In this document: piece by piece, positions 60,308 to 64,000 of the stretch | How positions within the stretch are numbered: the first letter of the stretch is position 1 | Layout of the letters: each line of letters opens with the position of its first letter | Source of the DNA: Lama glama | Taxonomy: Eukaryota | DNA length: 64,000 nucleotides | Direction of reading: 5' to 3' | NCBI GenBank assembly: GCA_028534125.1 | Contig: CM052817.1 | Location: forward strand, 6,140,001-6,204,000 | Made by a program: the position numbers and the translations under genes | Notes under the pieces: generated by a model | Databases searched by the model: none | What the model saw: only the letters and a program-made list of their open reading frames with translations | Told to the model about the DNA's origin: nothing

Positions 60308-60796
60308 GTCTCAGGAGGTGGGTATTGCTGTCTCTGTTTTACAGATGAGAAAACTTGGGTTTAGAGAGTTTAGGACTAGGCACGCTCAGATGGCAAATGG
60401 CACAGCTAGGATTTATATGTATCTTTTTTTTTTTTTTACTCACAAAAACAAATTTCTTACGGACTGACTGGCTGACATGTGATCACTTGATAGGAAGCGC
60501 CTGCTGGTGATAAATGTCCCCGTCCTTAAGGGCAGTCTGTAACTCAGCCTGTCTGGTCCTTCGAGCTGTCCCCAGACTTGAAATACGAGTATGAAGTTTT
60601 TCTTTCCTTCATAGTCAGGAAGAGATGGAGAATTTTCTTTCTTTTTGTCAAATGTTCTGATTCCCTACCACAAGAAGAAGAAAGGCCTGTGGTGAGACAA
60701 GACTGGATGCTAAATATAGTGTGTGTGTATGTGTGTGAACGTGCGTCTGTGCATGGCCTTTGTGTAAAGAGCGGGGGAGAGTCAGCATGCTGGCCT

Positions 60797-61375
60797 TGCA
60801 TTGGTCTCCTCTCTCTGCTGTAACAGGTGATCGCTGACTTAGCAGCTTTAAACGGCCAACTCTATTGTCTCGAAATTTCCTTGGACCAAGAGTCTGGGCC
60901 TGGGTTCGCCGAATCTCCAACTCAGGGTCCCAGGTCAGACGAATCTGGCTGGAATCAGGGAGCTGGCTGCAGCTTTGATCTTATCAAAGGTCCTCTTTCA
61001 CAGCCGTTCAGGCTGTTGGAAGAATTTAGTTCCTTGGGGTTACAGGAACGAGGTTCCCATTTTCTTTCTGGCTCTTGGCCAGGGGTTGCTCTCAGCTCCT
61101 ACGGGCCAGCTCAGATCCCAGTCATGTGGCTCTTTCACAACATGGACACTTTCTCCTTCAAAGCCAGAGAAGCTCTCCCTTTGCTCTACTAGGAGGGAGT
61201 CGTCTGTGTAATGTGATGCTATCGCGGGAGTGACAATTTCATCCCGTTTACCATGTAACAGTCCCTACTCAAACCACAATCCCACTCACTCTCAAATGGA
61301 AGAGATTATACTAGGCATGTGCACTGGGGCTGGGGAGGGTCCTGGGAGGGCCTTCTTGGAATTCTGCCTACAACA
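60797..61375 (-). mobile_element. MaLR LTR (MLT1E-like)
   Basis: CTGCTGTAACA..CTTAGCAGCTTTAAAC..GGCTGTTGGAAGAATTTAGTTCCTTG..GAATTCTGCCTACAACA; TSD GGCCT/GGCAT. Confidence 0.8.
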
Positions 61376-61664
61376 GGCATTAAGTTGTGTTGATCTGAAA
61401 TTAGGTCAGCTTGCTTTTGTTTCATCACCAAAATTGTGGACTTTTGCACAGAAAGACCTCACGTCCAGTGTACATGGAGGACAGCAGACAGTGGTGGACA
61501 TGACCTCTGAAGTGTTTAACACATTTTGCACTATGAACTCAAAACACACTTCCACACAACATCTGTGTTTGGCATCATCTGTAGCTGCCAAAAAGTCTCA
61601 GTGAAGTGCCACTCAAGGAGCAGGTGCACAAAAATTGTTACCTAAATTTTTTCAGCATTGCAAC

Positions 61665-62709
61665 TGTAGTGGTCTGCTGGAACTTCCATAACGAAATACC
61701 CCAGAATGGGGGCCTCAAACAAGATCAATGTATTTTCTAACGGTTCCAGAGGCTAGAAGTTCAAGATCAAAGTGCCGGCAAGGTTGGTTTCTTCTGAGGT
61801 CACTCTTATTGTCTCATGGGTGTTGGTCTTCTCTCTGTGTCCTCGTGTGGTCTTCCCTGTGTGCGTTTGTGTCCTGATCTCTCCTTACAGGGACACCAGT
61901 CATATTGGATCAGATGTTAGAGCAGGCAGATAGCTAGATATGAGCAGAGAAAGGGGGACACAGACCAAATGAGAGGAATTGGGCAGAAAGGAGGGGCACA
62001 GGCCAAATGCAGGAAACCACACATCATGTGAGCAGCAGGGATCCTCAGGCAGAGAAAGAAAAGCAGGAACCTTGGGTCTGATAAGGGATCATGCCTTTTG
62101 GGATGACAGGTGGCCTGGAGAAGAACAAAGAAAGGTGAGAAAAGGCAGGAATTTCTAGTGTCCGAATGTGACTTTTGCTCATTATGCCCTTATTTCAATA
62201 AAATTAGCCTTGCAGATTAGAAGTACCCATCATGCACCGACGCCATGACACTTCCGATCCAGACTAAATAAGGACAAAAATCCCTCCTCCCTTTGGGAAG
62301 GTGGAGTTGGGAAGACAATCAGGGAATACGACCCCAAACCCTTCCCTCCCCAATGAATATTCTACCCATTCATTTTTACCCCCTATGTAGCTAACTTGCC
62401 AAATAAACTCAGGGCAGCCGCTCACCTGAGCCTGCCCACTCTCCCCTGAGAGTGTACTATCCATTCTTTAATAAATTCTCACTTTACCTTTTTTTAACCT
62501 CTAAGTCTTGTCTGTGAATTCTTCCTGGGACGGGGCAAGAACCTGGAACACCGGTTGCATCTATCAGCATCACAGGGACCACCCTAATTACTTCATTTCA
62601 ACTCATTACCTCTTTAAAGATCCAACTAGACATACAATCACATTCTAGGTACTCTGGGTGAGGACATCAAAGTGTGAATTTTAGAGGGGGCACAATTCAA
62701 CCAGGAACA
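61665..62709 (-). mobile_element. MaLR LTR (MLT1B-like) split by a solo ERV LTR
   Basis: GGTTCCAGAGGCTAGAAGTTCAAGATCAAAGTG..GGACACCAGTCATATTGGATCAG | GGACCACCCTAAT..CACAATTCAACCAGGAACA; TSD GCAAC/CCAAC. Confidence 0.88.
61915..62572 (+). mobile_element. Solo LTR, ERV1 class, 658 bp, relatively young
   Basis: TG...CA termini; 4-bp TSD CAGA/CAGG; AATAAA at 62470-62475; U5-like GTGAATTCTTCCTGGGACGGGGCAAGAACC; several retained CpGs. Confidence 0.85.
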
Positions 62710-62739
62710 CCAACCAAGTGTGAGGCACACAAAAAAGCT

Positions 62740-62860
62740 GTTATCACCTTCGCACTGCTAATGAGAAAGTTAGAAATGGCTCAAGATCAAATAAATAGTA
62801 AAGAGCTCTAGAGATTTAAACACAGGGCTGCAGAGCTTCCTCTTCTGGGCTCTTTCAAGT
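62740..62860 (-). mobile_element. MIR fragment
   Basis: GTTATCACCTTC..GGCTCAAGATCAAATAAATAGTAAAGAGCTCTAGAGATTTAAAC. Confidence 0.45.
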
Positions 62861-63439
62861 GCCCCAAACTGTGGGGCAGCTTGAAATTTACCTCTGAGAT
62901 ACTAGAAGAAAAACTGTTACGTTGGGAAGCTGCCTATAAACACAATGAAGAAAACCTCAGAAGGCTGCATGAAATCTCTTGCTCTTTATGGGACATGAAA
63001 TTATCCTTGCTTTCCATGCTGCATGAATGCTATTCAAAGACTTTTTGTTTTATCTTGTCCTCTTGTTTTATGATGAATTTGTGCGTGAAAAGACTCATTA
63101 AGGACATCATTATTCTACATTTATCAGTAATGAACTGTCTGTGGCACCTATTAGCGGGAAAATGGTCCAAGTCCCTTTTTGTATCTGTCTACATTCTTCT
63201 TCATTATTTACTGCTCAACTCTCATCCATTTCAAATGGATGTGGCTGGATGCAATTTTCCCCCCAATTGTTCTTTTATTTGAGAGACAAATATTAATAGA
63301 ATTCATAATCCTTGAAGAGTCTACTCTGTATGTTCCAATGTTAAAATGACTTTTTAATTTTTAATGTTGGGAAGGGGCAGGGGAGGCTCACCTGAAGAAC
63401 TTACAATTTTTAGCAGACCCTTGGCGTTCCTTATTGCAC

Positions 63440-63560
63440 TTAATTTTCACAAGGACTCAGAGATGGGTGTTATCACCCCGTTTTGCCATGGAGAGACTGG
63501 AGAAACAGAGGCAGAGTGCCTTATTTTGGTCATTCAATTAGTAGTTACAGGCAATGTTTG
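63440..63560 (-). mobile_element. MIR fragment
   Basis: TTAATTTTCACAAGGACTCAGAGATGGGTGTTATCACCCCGTTTT..GAAACAGAGGCAGAG. Confidence 0.6.
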
Positions 63561-64000
63561 AGGCTGAAGAGCATTAGGAAACCCACAAAGACAAAGATCT
63601 TGTTGCAGGATAAGTTCCCTTTGGCTTCCATATTCATGCTGATTTCAGTGTATCCGGACACAGTCTCCAACGTGGAACTTACTAAAATGTGTGAGTGCCT
63701 CTGCTGACTGCAAGCCCCACAACACCTTTGGTTCAGCCTAGTTCATTTCTGCTAGTGTTTTATGATGCAAATGACTCCTTCTGGTATAGTCTGTCACCTT
63801 TTATGTAAGAAAAGATATTCTTTTAATGAAAAAACCTTTCTCACTTTTTTAGTTTCTTCGCAGAGTTTCTCTCTCATCTCCTTCAGTAATTAACATTCCT
63901 CTTGAGGACTTTGGGATAGGAATCTCAGAGCCCCCATCCTGCTGCCTAAAGTAGTAAGATTTTTATACCATAAACTCTCCAGCATCTCTTGTTGTAATTG

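Noticed and set aside
1..64000. CRISPR array, operon or prokaryote-style defence system
   Set aside because: Mammalian repeat-rich DNA; no regularly spaced repeats with unique spacers and no gene-dense coding structure.

Overview
This is repeat-rich, non-coding mammalian DNA (intergenic or deep intronic). It is most likely from a camelid, judging by the tRNA-Ala-derived Vic-1-type SINEs and cetartiodactyl/camelid-type L1 3' ends. I find no supportable protein-coding gene, functional RNA gene or CpG-island promoter. ORFs with recognisable content are L1 ORF2 remnants, microsatellite translations or read-through of N gaps. Much of the window is transposon debris: many MaLR (MLT1) and ERVL LTRs, one younger ERV1-type solo LTR, old and young L1, L2, MIR, L3/CR1 and hAT MITEs, often nested. 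Three exactly 500-N gaps are scaffolding placeholders, and one is flanked by a 199-bp exact duplication. The most interesting observations are: three separate L1 3' fragments truncated at the same point beside the G-rich 3'UTR tract; a twin-primed L1 nested in a SINE tail with a possible short 3' transduction; a speculative piggyBac-like transposase fossil near 39.7-40.1 kb; and several TE-poor, homeobox-motif-rich blocks that may be conserved enhancers. I found no convincing new biological system. Repeat family names come from recalled consensus sequences, not a database search, and boundaries of old elements are approximate.
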